Assembly: GCA_963815195.1 (NCBI GenBank)
Contig: CAWFGE010000023.1
Span: 32,001 to 96,000, forward strand
DNA from: an uncultured Planctomycetaceae bacterium
Lineage (GTDB): Bacteria; Planctomycetota; Planctomycetia; Planctomycetales; Planctomycetaceae
Direction: 5' to 3'
Length of the DNA stretch: 64,000 bases
Shown in pieces: positions 1 through 14,487 of the stretch (within the stretch, counting starts at the first letter, position 1; the number at the start of each line of letters is the position of its first letter). The notes beneath the pieces are model-generated. The model was not told the origin of the DNA, made no database searches, and worked only from the letters and a program-made list of their open reading frames with translations. The position numbers and the translations under genes are program-made.

Positions 1-128
1 ACAGCCAACAACCCCGCCCGCAAAATCCGCTTGCCCGCCCACTGGCATTTCAAATCGCGCATCGGGCCGAACCCCTCGCCAGAAAAAGTTTCGCTTCGTC
101 TTTAGCAACCTCGCGGCTCGCGGCGGAC

Positions 129-1472
129 TTATTCCCCGACCGCTTTGGGGCGATGCCGGGGGATTTGGGCTTTGAAGTCGCCCAGGCTTTGCCAATGCAG
201 CGGCTGCCCGAGTTCCACGTCCGCGACCGCGACCGTGCCCCATTCGCCGGCTTTGGAGAGTACTTTGCCGTCGCGGCCGTAGATCGCGGAGATCATCCAG
301 TTTTGCGTGGCATCGGTGTAGGTGCTGCTCGCGATATAGACGTGATTCTCCGCGGCTCGGGCTTGGGCCAACAGCGGATTGCAGCCCCACACCGGCCAGG
401 CGATGATCTCCGCGCCGCGGTTTCCGAGTTCGCGGGCGACTTCGGGGAAGAAGCCGTCGTAGCAGACCATCATCCCGACTTTGCCGAACCGCGTGTCGAA
501 CACGGGATAATCCTGGCCGGGCGTAATGCCGCCTTCGATCTCGCCGCGGGGCAGCGTGACCTTGCGGTATTTGCCGACGACCTCGCCGTCCGGACCGATG
601 AGCACCGCCACGTTATAAACCAGATGCCGATCCCGCTCCAACAGCCCCGCGACGATGTAGAGATCGTGCTGTTTCGCGAGTTCGCCGAAGTACTTCGTGG
701 ACGGACCGGGAACGGGCTCGGCACACTCCGCGTAGGTTTTTCCCGTGCCGTAAAAGGTCAGCGTTTCCGGCAGCACGACAAGTTCGGCCTTTTGCTTCGC
801 GGCATTCTCGATCAGCGGGCCGAACTGCTCGCGTTTTTCTTTGGGTGTGGAGCCGGGCTGCGGGCGATAGTGCACCGTCGCCACACGCACCGTGCGCGAG
901 GCGGGCGGTTCGGTTGGTTTGAGATTCACCTCGGCCCATTGCACTTCGCCGGCGGGCTCCCAGCGATACCACAGCTCGACCACGGCCTGCGTCGCGTCCG
1001 AGGGGGCGTGATAGATCCCCGAAACCTCGGTCCAACCGTTTTTGAGCAACTTCCCGTCGGCGGGAAATTCGGGTTCCGCGCGGGGCCGGTCTCCGGGGCG
1101 ATACGAGGCATACGAAGGCCGATCGCGGAGCACCTTTTGCCCCCGGTCGTTTTGCCAAAGGATCCGCGCGACGGCGACCCGGCGGGGCGTTTCCACGCCC
1201 ACCGTTCGCCGCAGGCTCGAAAACCGATAAAAATGCCCGCCTTGGACGGGAAGGGCTTTCTCCCAATATCCGACCAGACCTTCGCGGTCGTCGGCCCGAA
1301 TGACAAAACAGCCGCCCCCGTTCGGACCGCCCGCGGCGTCGAACTGAAACGCGGGCCGAACTTCGTCCCGCGGGGCTCTGGTCACCCATCCCTTGGGCAC
1401 CGGCTCTCCGGAATGCGCCAAAGCCGGAACGACAAGCAATACCGCGAGGCTCAAGAGACGGGAAACAGTCAT
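129..1472 (-). CDS. Secreted carbon-nitrogen hydrolase (nitrilase superfamily) with N-terminal beta-rich extension
   Basis: Glu-Lys-Cys triad motifs LPETL, YRKVTL, VCYDGFFPE; signal-peptide-like MTVSRLLSLAVLLVVPALAHS (start moved to ATG 1472). Confidence 0.85.
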   Translation of the reverse strand: MTVSRLLSLAVLLVVPALAHSGEPVPKGWVTRAPRDEVRPAFQFDAAGGPNGGGCFVIRADDREGLVGYWEKALPVQGGHFYRFSSLRRTVGVETPRRVAVARILWQNDRGQKVLRDRPSYASYRPGDRPRAEPEFPADGKLLKNGWTEVSGIYHAPSDATQAVVELWYRWEPAGEVQWAEVNLKPTEPPASRTVRVATVHYRPQPGSTPKEKREQFGPLIENAAKQKAELVVLPETLTFYGTGKTYAECAEPVPGPSTKYFGELAKQHDLYIVAGLLERDRHLVYNVAVLIGPDGEVVGKYRKVTLPRGEIEGGITPGQDYPVFDTRFGKVGMMVCYDGFFPEVARELGNRGAEIIAWPVWGCNPLLAQARAAENHVYIASSTYTDATQNWMISAIYGRDGKVLSKAGEWGTVAVADVELGQPLHWQSLGDFKAQIPRHRPKAVGE

Positions 1473-1599
1473 GCTTCGGCCCTTCCTCTGGTTCGGGTCA
1501 TGGGGCGATCGCATCACGAGCGAGATGCAACCCCTCTGTTGTACCCGACACCCGGCCCCATTTTCCAGCGATGGGGAATGCGCCTGTGCGCGACTCGAA

Positions 1600-2881
1600 T
1601 CAAAAGCGGGCGGCGACGCCGAAGCTGAGGAAGTGCGTGCTGATCGTGTTCGTCACCGAGGAGCCGGGGATCGTTCCCACGGGTAGAACGATGGGACCGG
1701 TGCGGCTGATTTGCGGCATGTAGGAATACGCGAAATTGAGGGCGAAACGCTCGTTGACGTTCCAGGTCGTTCCCGCGCTGATCATGTGCTGATAAATCAA
1801 AGGCGAGGCGGTGTTGAAGAAGGATTCGCTGTTCTTGATCGGGTTTTGGTTGTACGTGTAACCCGCCCGCACGGCCAGCCGGTCCGTCACCTGCCGCTGA
1901 ACCCCGAGCGCCGCGGCCATCACGCTGCTCCAATCCACTCCCTGAAGCGCTCCGGCGGCGTCATAAATCGCCCGGTCGCCGAAGCCGTCGGTGTGGCCGT
2001 AGTCAAAATAGCGAACATCGAGCGCGATCAGCCAATTGTCAAAGCCCGTGTAAGCCGTGCCCACGGACACGATCAAAGGCAGGTCGAGATCGGCGCGCAG
2101 GACGCGGGGCGCTCCCGTCGCCGTTTGCCCGAAAAAGCGGAAGGTCTCCATCCACATGGGGCTTTTGATCGACGCCCCGAACCGCCAATCGCTGGTGGGG
2201 ACATAATAGATCCCGGCTTGCGCTCCGCCGCCCCAGTGATAGCGCGTCTCCCGGCCGGGGGAATACACTCCGTTGGCGTTCGGCGAGTCGAACACGAACG
2301 GTTCGATGCCGACCTGCCCCATCGTGACCACCGGACCGGCGGCCACGGAGATCTGGTCGGTCAGCGCCACCGAAAGCACGGATGCGACCTCGGAGAACGC
2401 CGCTTCGGAACTTACCCGCCCCAATCCCAAAGGTGCGGGGGCCAAAACCGGGTTCGTCGGATCGGCCGGCAAACTCGTTTTGAACCCTGCCACGGAGTTC
2501 ACCGCCAGCCCGAAGGTGTAGGCGGAGTTCGGCCGTTTATAAACCCAGGCCGCGTTGGGAATAGGAAACACCCCCGGCTCAGCCTTCGTGGTTCCGCTGA
2601 AGGGGCCGACGGTGGAGGAGACCTTGTGGTTCGTCAGCAGCAGGTCGAGTCCGAAACCGAGTTCCGACTGCGGGAGGCCGCTGATCGTCGCCGGGTTCCA
2701 GTACATGGCCCCCAACGCATCGATCGGGGCCGCCGTGGACGCCCCGCCCATGCCGCGGTTCACCGGCCCGCCCGCCGAGACGTAGGCTCCCTGCCCGAAA
2801 CTTTGGTTCGCAAGCGAAATCAACGCGATCGCAGCAACACACGCGATGCGCAGCGTTCCCGATTCGACAGATACTCTTCAC
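1600..2881 (-). CDS. OmpP1/FadL/TodX-family outer-membrane transport protein (5' end probably frameshifted near 2855)
   Basis: GMGGASTA...AMYWNPATI hatch motif, alternating beta strands, C-terminal Phe (VAARF); signal peptide needs a frame change between GTG 2881 and the 1600..2823 ORF. Confidence 0.8.
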
Positions 2882-3285
2882 GTGGCCCCCCCGAGCAACA
2901 AATGTGATTCGGCAACCGCTTGAGGGATTTTCGACGGATATACCGATTTTCTTGAATCGATTGATAGGAAACGTTTTGCGATTCGTGCGAATCGTGCGGC
3001 CTCGCCCGATTCTTTTCGCATGCGGTTTTGCCTATGCGTCACCCGCCGGAATGTGTTAGACTGGCGTGACTCGAGATTTCCATATCGAATAAAAGTCCCC
3101 GGTTGTTCTCTGGCGGGATCTGCCGAACCGGGGCGGTTCCAATCGGAACTCAGGCGGCTCGTTCCATCTCTGGGCGGCGGGCCCCGGCCTCCGTTTCGTC
3201 GAGGCTGGACGTTTTTGCAATGCATTTGCGTTTTTACACCGGAGGGAGGAATCCGCTTCCTCCCGCGCACCGTGAGTTGGGAAGA

Positions 3286-5991
3286 ATGATGCTCCGAAAT
3301 ATCCTTTGTTTTGGCGGGTTCTTGGGAATTCTTTTGACGGAAGCTCAGGCGGCGGACCAGCCCGCTCCCGCCGTCGCCGAGCCTTCCACGTTTGCGTCCG
3401 ACCCACCGCCGGCTCCCGCGGTCGCCGAGCCTTCCACTTACCATGTGGATCCTTCCCCGGCGAAGGACGTGTTTCAATTCAGCTTTCGCGAAGCCCGCTG
3501 GGAGCGGGTCTTGACCTGGTTCGCCGAGAAAGCGGATCTCACGCTGGATTTGACCGACTTGCCGCCCGGCTCGTTCAACTATGTGGACGACCGCAAGCAC
3601 AGCGTGGCCGAGGCTTTGGATGTGCTCAACGGTTATTTGCTGCCCCGCGGTTACGTGGCGCTTCGGCGAAATCAATTCCTGGTCGTCTTGAAAACCGACA
3701 ACGCGATCCTCCCGAATCTGCTTCCCACCATTCCCGTCGAGAAGCTCGATGAATACGGCAACAACGAACTCTTGCGGGTCCTGGTCCCGGTCGAGGGGTT
3801 CAAGCCCAGCGAAGTCGCCGAGCAGCTGCAAACTTTCCTGGGAGCCTACGGGAAAGCCTCGCCGGTGGATGCGTCGCAGTCGGTGCTGTTGCAGGGCTTC
3901 GGGAAGAGCCTGCGGATCGCCGTCGCGATTCTCTCCCATGCCCGGGCCCCGGTGACGGAGAACGAACTCCAGTTCCGGGCATTTCCGCTCGAGCACATTC
4001 CCGCCGCCGATGCGGAACGGCAGATCCAAAAGCTGTTCGGCTTGGGCGGGGCGAACCCTTACGCCGCTTCGATGCAGAGGCGTCAATCGTATTACGACCG
4101 CCGCCGGGGCGATGACGACCGCAAGTCTTCCCAAAACCAAGGCCCGTCGCCTTTGATGCAAAACCTCTCCGCGAACATGAAAGTCTCTTCGTTGGGGCGG
4201 ACGAACAGTTTGCTCGTGGCGGCGACACCCTCGGCCGTGAAGCTCGTGGAGAATATCCTCCAATCGATCGACGTCGAGCAACCGGGGGGCAAGCAGGAAT
4301 TTCTCGACGACACCACGCCCGAGCTGCGGGTGTATATTGTCGACGAGGCGGACGAAGATGACGTCGCGGAGACCGTGAATGCGATTATGCCCGGCGTGGT
4401 CATCAACGAAGACGGCCGGCAGAATTCGATCCACATTTTCGCGACGCCCAAAGAGCACAAAGACGTCGAAAAGCTGATCAACATCATCGATCAGGGCGGC
4501 GGAGCGGGAGGCGGCGGCGTGGAAGTCATTCCGCTGGTTCGCTCCGATCCCTACATGATGGGCGATCTCTTGATGTCGCTGTTCGCCAACGAGGACCGCG
4601 ACGACCGCCCGGTCATCACGCCGGAACCCCGCACCCGCTCGCTCGCCGTGCGGGCCACCAGCAGCCAGATGGCCCAGATCAAACAGACGCTCGCCTCCTA
4701 CGGGGAGACGGGATCCTACCGCATGCAGACCGAGGGCGCTGCGAGCAGCCGGTTCCGCAAAGTCGCCGTGCCCGGCGGCCGGGCGGAATGGATCGCCCGC
4801 GCGGTCAAAGACCTGATGGCCGAGGACCGCGAGTTCGGAAATCCGATCCGCGTCGTCGTCCCCGCGGATGTCTCGGAGAAACCTTCGCCCGAAAGAAACT
4901 CCCTGCGGAGCGATCGGCGGTCCACCAGCAACAAAATCCGCATGGACCTGGGAGCCGGTCCCAGAAACGCCATCCCCGCGACGCAATTCGCCAGCGCAAA
5001 CGAAGCCCGAAGAGAAATCCGCTCGGGACAACAGCGACCCCGGCCGGCCGCGGGTGACGATTGAAGTCCAGAACGGCGAGTTGTTCATGTACTCGAGCGA
5101 CGGCCGGCGCTCGATCAGGTCGAAGAAACCGTCCGCGAGCTGATGCGGCACATGCCCGCGCGGACGAACTGGACCGTGTTCTATCTCCAAGCCGCCACCG
5201 CCGCGGAAACCGCCGAGCAGTTGGGGCAGCTACTCCAGGATGCAGCCAACCCCTACGTCGGCGTCGGCCTGCCGAGCGAAGCCGAAAGCACGCTGGGCTA
5301 CGGAGTGCAATCGGTGCGGCTGATTCCCGACTCCCGCACGAATGCGATTTTCATCAGCGGACCGGAATCCAAGATCAATCAGGCCGAGCGGTTCTTGAAG
5401 TTGCTGGACACGTCAGAATTGCCGCCGTCGATGCGGGAACGCATCCCGCGCACGATCGCCGTGGAGCACGCGGACGTGAACGCGGTCGCCGAGATGGTCC
5501 GCGAGCTTTACAAGGATTACATGGAAGACCCCAACGACCGCCGGCGGCAAATCCGCCGCGACGGCCGGCGAAGCGAAGAGGAAGAGCGGGCGATTCGCGT
5601 GGATGTCGAGCGGCAGGGCGACACCCCGCAGCCGGTGGGGATTCGCTTGACGCTCACCGTGGATGCCCGCGCGAACGAATTGATCGTGTCCTGCAACGAA
5701 TCTCTGTTCCAGCAGATTAAAGGTCTCGTCGAAAGCCGGGACCAGGCCGCGATGGAAACCCGGCCGCAGATTCAGATTCTGACGTTGGGCGAAGGCACGG
5801 GCGAGGCGTTGGTGGAATCGCTGGACACCCTGTCCCCGAAAATCAGCGTGGGCACGACCACGCCGACGGGTTCCAGGTCCTCATTTTCCAGCCGCACCAC
5901 CTCGCCCTCGCGATCCTCGTCCTCGCGAAGTTCCTCATCGCGTTCGCCCTCGTTCCGCTTCGACACCCGCAACAGCAACCGCCGCGATTGA
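3286..5991 (+). CDS. Secretin N-terminal-domain repeat protein (GspD-like N domains), split by two frameshifts (~4900-5040 and ~5100)
   Basis: FSFREARWERVL N0-like domain, repeated N-domain motifs (LGRTNSLLV, DGRQNSIHI, EPRTRSLAV, DSRTNAIFI, DARANELIV); ORFs 3103..5064, 4868..5143 and 5143..5991 read as one protein. Confidence 0.75.
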
Positions 5992-6048
5992 AGAACGCGA
6001 TTTCAAAAGCAATATCGAACCAGAAATTTGCTGGTGAAGACGGCTCTT

Positions 6049-6708
6049 TCATCCATTTCGCCATACATAGGCCCGTTGTTTGAATCGGTTCTCGGCCGCA
6101 TTCATTTGATCTACGTCCGAGGTCAAATTGCGTAGCATCTCAATGACATCTATATAAAATGCATCACAATGTATCGTCCAAACCTCAGATTCAATTGTTA
6201 TTCCTTGGTATGGAAACGAATAGGAGGAGAAAGGGTTTTCAAGATCTTCTAATTCCTTGTCATTCCACCCGACCCCGTCATGAGTGGGATCGAATATCCG
6301 TGTGAAGAATACCTGTTTTGGCGCGTGTTTATCGAGAACACCAAGCGAATGTGCCATAGGGTTTCTTGCGATTTTGTAAAGCTTTTTGGGGAAATCCGTT
6401 ATTCCTGAAGGAGTATACGGAAAATAATCGCGAACCAAATCTTGAAATGCTTGGCCGGAGCCGTACTTGGAGCGAACACTGCCCTCCAATAGACTTTTGG
6501 GTTTGAAAATAGTGACGGAAAGACCGCTGATCAAGTTGGTAAGAGATGATACGATCGAATAATTACAGGCTGGTTCAATCCCGACGTCCGGCCTAGGCAA
6601 TTGTAGCATTCCCCTCACATCCGCAAATTGGTTGTCCAGGATCTGCCTTATAAAGTCCTGTACATTGATATTTTCACCTTTCACTACGGCCAACCGGCTC
6701 ACCCGCAT
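6049..6708 (-). CDS. Hypothetical protein with HEPN-like RxxxxH motif, low GC
   Basis: 219-aa ORF, visibly AT-richer than flanks; LYKIARNPMAH motif. Confidence 0.65.
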   Translation of the reverse strand: MRVSRLAVVKGENINVQDFIRQILDNQFADVRGMLQLPRPDVGIEPACNYSIVSSLTNLISGLSVTIFKPKSLLEGSVRSKYGSGQAFQDLVRDYFPYTPSGITDFPKKLYKIARNPMAHSLGVLDKHAPKQVFFTRIFDPTHDGVGWNDKELEDLENPFSSYSFPYQGITIESEVWTIHCDAFYIDVIEMLRNLTSDVDQMNAAENRFKQRAYVWRNG

Positions 6709-6802
6709 AGCGTTGCTCCTTTTGAACGAAACCAGTCGTACGAGTTATAAGGCGGCTACGTTAGAATTGTACGACGGATGTGCTTTCATTCTTCATAAAT
6801 AT

Positions 6803-10728
<3,926 letters not shown>

Positions 10729-10794
10729 TTGGGGGAGAGGGTGGCACAAAGGGCGAATGGAGATTTGCTGTCTTCTTTTTCTATCAAATCATAC

Positions 10795-10980
10795 TGAAAC
10801 GCCGACGCCTTTGGCCATGCGGGAGCGGCGGATATCGGGGGCCGCGTTCAAGGCTAAGGTGGCGTCGGCGGCGGTCACGGGTGACAAGACGACGGCGTGG
10901 ACGCGACCCAAATCACGGTGTGGAAAAAGCCAACGGAAGGAGTGAGCGCGTGGCCGAAGGCGAGGTTTATGAACGGATGG
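10795..10980 (+). mobile_element. Degenerate IS3-family transposase orfA remnant (second copy 12056..12241)
   Basis: MRERRISGAAFKAKVASAAVTGDKTT then, in shifted frames, VDATQITVWKK and EVYERMG, matching IS3 OrfA HTH consensus; internal deletions and stops. Confidence 0.65.
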
Positions 10981-11136
10981 GTGGCATGCTCATGGCTTTG
11001 CATGAGCATGAGTTTTGACGAAACCCTGGTTTCTCGGCATCGAAGACACGGCCCCTCAATCCAATGACAAAGTCACGTCACGGACTCATCGAACCTGCAG
11101 AAGACATGCTCATGCAAAGCCATGAGCATGCCACCC
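10979..11136. repeat. REP doublet (REPIN-like): two inverted 32-bp palindromic units
   Basis: GGGTGGCATGCTCATGGCTTTGCATGAGCATG at 10979..11010 and its exact reverse complement at 11105..11136; each unit has a 10-bp stem CATGCTCATG/CATGAGCATG. Confidence 0.85.
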
Positions 11137-11141
11137 TGCCG

Positions 11142-11318
11142 CTGAAGCGTGAACAAGGTGGTCATCGCTTCCAAAGGAGAGAGATTCCATTCCCCCGTTT
11201 GGAAAAAGTCCTCGAGCGCCTGTTGATGATCAAACCCACTTTGCTCCAGATAGGCATACCCATCAAATCGCAGAGCACAATGCGTGAGAATGTCGTGTTC
11301 GTCAAATGGTCGGTTCAA
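11142..11318 (-). pseudogene. 5' fragment of a hypothetical gene truncated at the repeat junction
   Basis: TTG start overlaps the TGA of the upstream gene; protein-like LNRPFDEHDILTHCALRFDGYAYLEQ... runs into REP-derived sequence at 11141. Confidence 0.5.
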
Positions 11319-11752
11319 TGGACAACTCCCAGATGGTGTTCCGCGCAACCATGACAGACATGCTTCCCCTCCATCTCGTGGGCATGTTCAATGGGTGTCG
11401 GTCGCTGACAAAAGTGACAAGGCCGAATTTCCGCTTGCCGCGTCTGCCGGGCTTGATCGAGCAATTTTTGGAGTCGTTCATCCGAAAGCCGGGCGTGCGA
11501 AGCCCGTTTCCAAAATCGGCTGATCCCCACCGGACCGTGAGTTCCGTGCGTCCATTCCACGCTGGGAATACGAAACTCGATCGACTCGGGCGTGACCAAC
11601 ACAACCACACCCGGTTCGGTTTCCTGAATAATCTCAATGCAATCCCGCGTGCGAGTCACTTCGGGGGAGACAAGGAACGAAATCACACGAAGTGCGACAT
11701 CGGCAAAGGCCCGTTCATCGTTGTTGAGTTCGGAATAGAGATCAGTATCCAT
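11315..11752 (-). CDS. Hypothetical protein with C-terminal CxxC...CxxC zinc-ribbon-like motif
   Basis: 145 aa from ATG 11752; PCHFC...HVCHGCAEHHLGVVH. Confidence 0.7.
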   Translation of the reverse strand: MDTDLYSELNNDERAFADVALRVISFLVSPEVTRTRDCIEIIQETEPGVVVLVTPESIEFRIPSVEWTHGTHGPVGISRFWKRASHARLSDERLQKLLDQARQTRQAEIRPCHFCQRPTPIEHAHEMEGKHVCHGCAEHHLGVVH

Positions 11753-11786
11753 GAGTGAGCGCCCTTCATTATTCAAATCGCCCGGA

Positions 11787-11947
11787 TCATTTGCCGGGAT
11801 TGGGTTGGTCTTCGTTCGTAATAAGGCCCTTGGCCAACTCCGCAAAGCGGGACAGTCGCTTTTGCTCTTGCTCAATGGACTCCAAGGAGAGAAACGTTTT
11901 GTCCGTTTCGAGACTGCTCACGGCATATCCGACATTGTCCTGCACTT
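11787..11947 (-). pseudogene. 3' fragment of an unknown gene truncated at the repeat junction
   Basis: Open frame VQDNVGYAVSSLETDKTFLSLESIEQEQKRLSRFAELAKGLITNEDQPNPGK* running from the junction to TGA 11787. Confidence 0.45.
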
Positions 11948-12402
11948 GATGTCGCGTTCGAGTTGGGAGATGGAGGTTGTTTCAGACATTTGGGGGAGAG
12001 GGTGGCACAAAGGGCGAATGGAGATTTGCTGTCTTCTTTTTCTATCAAATCATACTGAAACGCCGACGCCTTTGGCCATGCGGGAGCGGCGGATATCGGG
12101 GGCCGCGTTCAAGGCTAAGGTGGCGTCGGCGGCGGTCACGGGTGACAAGACGACGGCGTGGACGCGACCCAAATCACGGTGTGGAAAAAGCCAACGGAAG
12201 GAGTGAGCGCGTGGCCGAAGGCGAGGTTTATGAACGGATGGGTGGCATGCTCATGGCTTTGCATGAGCATGAGTTTTGACGAAACCCTGGTTTCTCGGCA
12301 TCGAAGACACGGCCCCTCAATCCAATGACAAAGTCACGTCACGGACTCATCGAACCTGCAGAAGACATGCTCATGCAAAGCCATGAGCATGCCACCCTGC
12401 CG
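11948..12402. repeat. 455-bp direct repeat, copy 2 (contains truncated hrpA start [14 protein letters not shown] and REP doublet 12240..12397)
   Basis: Identical by eye to 10687..11141. Confidence 0.95.
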
Positions 12403-12529
12403 ACTCTGCGAATGACATCCTCAAGGGCCGGCACAAGGGACCTACGCTACTAAAAAACAGTCCTAACCTCAATCGAGTCGAGTAGCAGTAGGGCAGGCTC
12501 CCGCCGGCAGGAGATTGACCTATTGTCTA

Positions 12530-13534
12530 CTACTGGTCGATCCACTTGCGGAAGGCGTCTTCGTCCACGTTGCGGCCGCTCATGACGACCACGATGTCTC
12601 CCTCGCCGCTCAAATCGACTTGTCCCGACAACAGGGCGGCGGTGGTGATGGCACCGGAGGGTTCGGTTCGCAATCCGTGATGATCGTAGACCCATTTCAT
12701 CGCCCGCCGAGTTTCCCGATCGGGAACCGCGACCGATGTGCGAACCAGTCGGCTCAGAATCGGCCAGTTGTGCTCTCCCACGTCATAAGACAGCAAACCG
12801 TCGCAGATGCTCTGGGGATGCTCGATTCGCACCCGCTGTCCCGCCGCCAGCGATCTGGCAAAATCGTCGGCCCCGTCCGGTTCGACGCCGACGATTTGGG
12901 CCGCGGGAAAACCATCGGCAATCGCGAGCGCCTGCCCGGCCATCAAACCGCCGCCGCTGACCGGGCAGAGAAAATGCGAAATCGTCCGGTCCCCGGCCTT
13001 CAAATCGCGGACCACTTCCAATGCCCCCACGCCGTTCCCAGCGATCACGTGGGGATCATCATAGGGCGAAGCCTGAATCCCTTTCCCCTCCTCGGCAATC
13101 TCCCGCGTGATTTGGTCCCGCTGGCCGGTTTCGTGATCGGTGGAAATATCATAGGTGCGAATCTCCGCACCAAAGGACCGCGTGCGATCGAACTTCACCT
13201 GGGGCGCGGTCTCGGGCATCACGATGATCACCCGCTTGCCGAACCGCATCCCGGCATAGGAAATCCCCGACGCAAAATTCCCGGACGAGTGAGCCGCCAC
13301 CGGCCGATCCCCGATCTCATCCCGATGGAACGCCATCCAATTCAGCGCCCCGAGCAACTTAAACGACCCCACCGGCGTCCAACCATAATCCTTAATCCAG
13401 ACCCGCCGACCGTCCGCCAGCCCCAATGCCTTTTCCAATTCATAAGAGCGAATCAAAGGCACCGGAGAAACATGCGGCCGAACCCGCGCTTCGGCCTCGT
13501 GGACATCTTGGATCGTGGGAATGTATAAAGGCAT
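12530..13534 (-). CDS. PLP-dependent threonine/serine dehydratase family protein
   Basis: GSFK PLP lysine, SSGNFA, PVSGGGL, EPSGA motifs; start at ATG 13534. Confidence 0.88.
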   Translation of the reverse strand: MPLYIPTIQDVHEAEARVRPHVSPVPLIRSYELEKALGLADGRRVWIKDYGWTPVGSFKLLGALNWMAFHRDEIGDRPVAAHSSGNFASGISYAGMRFGKRVIIVMPETAPQVKFDRTRSFGAEIRTYDISTDHETGQRDQITREIAEEGKGIQASPYDDPHVIAGNGVGALEVVRDLKAGDRTISHFLCPVSGGGLMAGQALAIADGFPAAQIVGVEPDGADDFARSLAAGQRVRIEHPQSICDGLLSYDVGEHNWPILSRLVRTSVAVPDRETRRAMKWVYDHHGLRTEPSGAITTAALLSGQVDLSGEGDIVVVMSGRNVDEDAFRKWIDQ

Positions 13535-13623
13535 ATGGTGATTCAAATGAAAAGGTGTGGGGCGGGCTCTGCCGACTGCGAACGAGTTGCGACCTCGAAC
13601 TAAAAATTGGCCTACATCAATTG

Positions 13624-14475
13624 TTACCATTCCGGAAACTTGGACGTGTGAATGATAAATGCTCGGTCACCACGCTTTTTTCGATAAGGTTCATTGCGCT
13701 TGTAAAAGGCGAGTTGCTTCATCAAAAAAGGCTTCTCGAAGCCGCCGAATTTGAGAACAAAATCACTGTCCATCTCAAGAACCGCTTCTTGATAACGACC
13801 CAATTCCGCATAGACAGCCGCCCGAACGACTGCGTGCTGCCAACTGGCCCAACGGGCTTCGTAATCGCTTTGGGTCAGTTTCAACGCTCTGTCCCCATCC
13901 CGAAACTGCTCCTCGGGACACGTCGCAAGAAACCATGCGAGCGTCAGAACGGCCATTGGCTCCTTGGGATCGGCCTGGATCGCTTGCTCCAAACGTGTTT
14001 GTGCTTCTTCGTAGCGATCCAAGTAATACAATGCCTGCCCGGCAATTCCGTGAGCTAATCCCAAGCTATACTCTTTTGGCTCTTCGAAATCGCGTTTGAT
14101 AGTAATTCCCTCTCCTAACCGAATGGAGTCATTCGCCAGTTGGATTGCATCTTCATATCTCTGCTCCCCAATCGCCTCCATTGCCGTCCATAACATTGTC
14201 TCCGCTCTGGCATAGGCGTCTTCCAAGTGAAAGCGTCGGTTCTGCTTTTGCTGAAACTCCAAGTGAGTACCGAAGACACGGAGCGCCTGGACCATGGGCC
14301 ATGTTGACCCAACGGAAATTGCTATTCCCAAAATTGCACAAAGTCCACGCACTCCCGGATTGAGGGGTTTCCCGTTTTGCTCCTGTGTCCGTATTGCCTT
14401 GACCACCAAGACAATGCCCGCAATGAACATTGCAAGAAAGCCAAAGAATTTGAGCGTTTCCAGGAGAGCAACCAT
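13624..14475 (-). CDS. Membrane-anchored TPR protein, lower GC
   Basis: Two N-terminal hydrophobic helices; TPR-like AGQALYYLDRYEEAQTRLEQAIQADP and LAWFLATCPEEQFRDGDRAL. Confidence 0.75.
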   Translation of the reverse strand: MVALLETLKFFGFLAMFIAGIVLVVKAIRTQEQNGKPLNPGVRGLCAILGIAISVGSTWPMVQALRVFGTHLEFQQKQNRRFHLEDAYARAETMLWTAMEAIGEQRYEDAIQLANDSIRLGEGITIKRDFEEPKEYSLGLAHGIAGQALYYLDRYEEAQTRLEQAIQADPKEPMAVLTLAWFLATCPEEQFRDGDRALKLTQSDYEARWASWQHAVVRAAVYAELGRYQEAVLEMDSDFVLKFGGFEKPFLMKQLAFYKRNEPYRKKRGDRAFIIHTSKFPEW

Positions 14476-14487
14476 GAGGAGTCTCGC

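Noticed and set aside
3361..3440. Intragenic duplication encoding PAPAVAEPST twice
   Set aside because: An ordinary low-complexity linker repeat.
2878..5190. 770-aa minus-strand ORF
   Set aside because: Antisense shadow of the secretin-N gene with no motifs; typical of high-GC codon bias.
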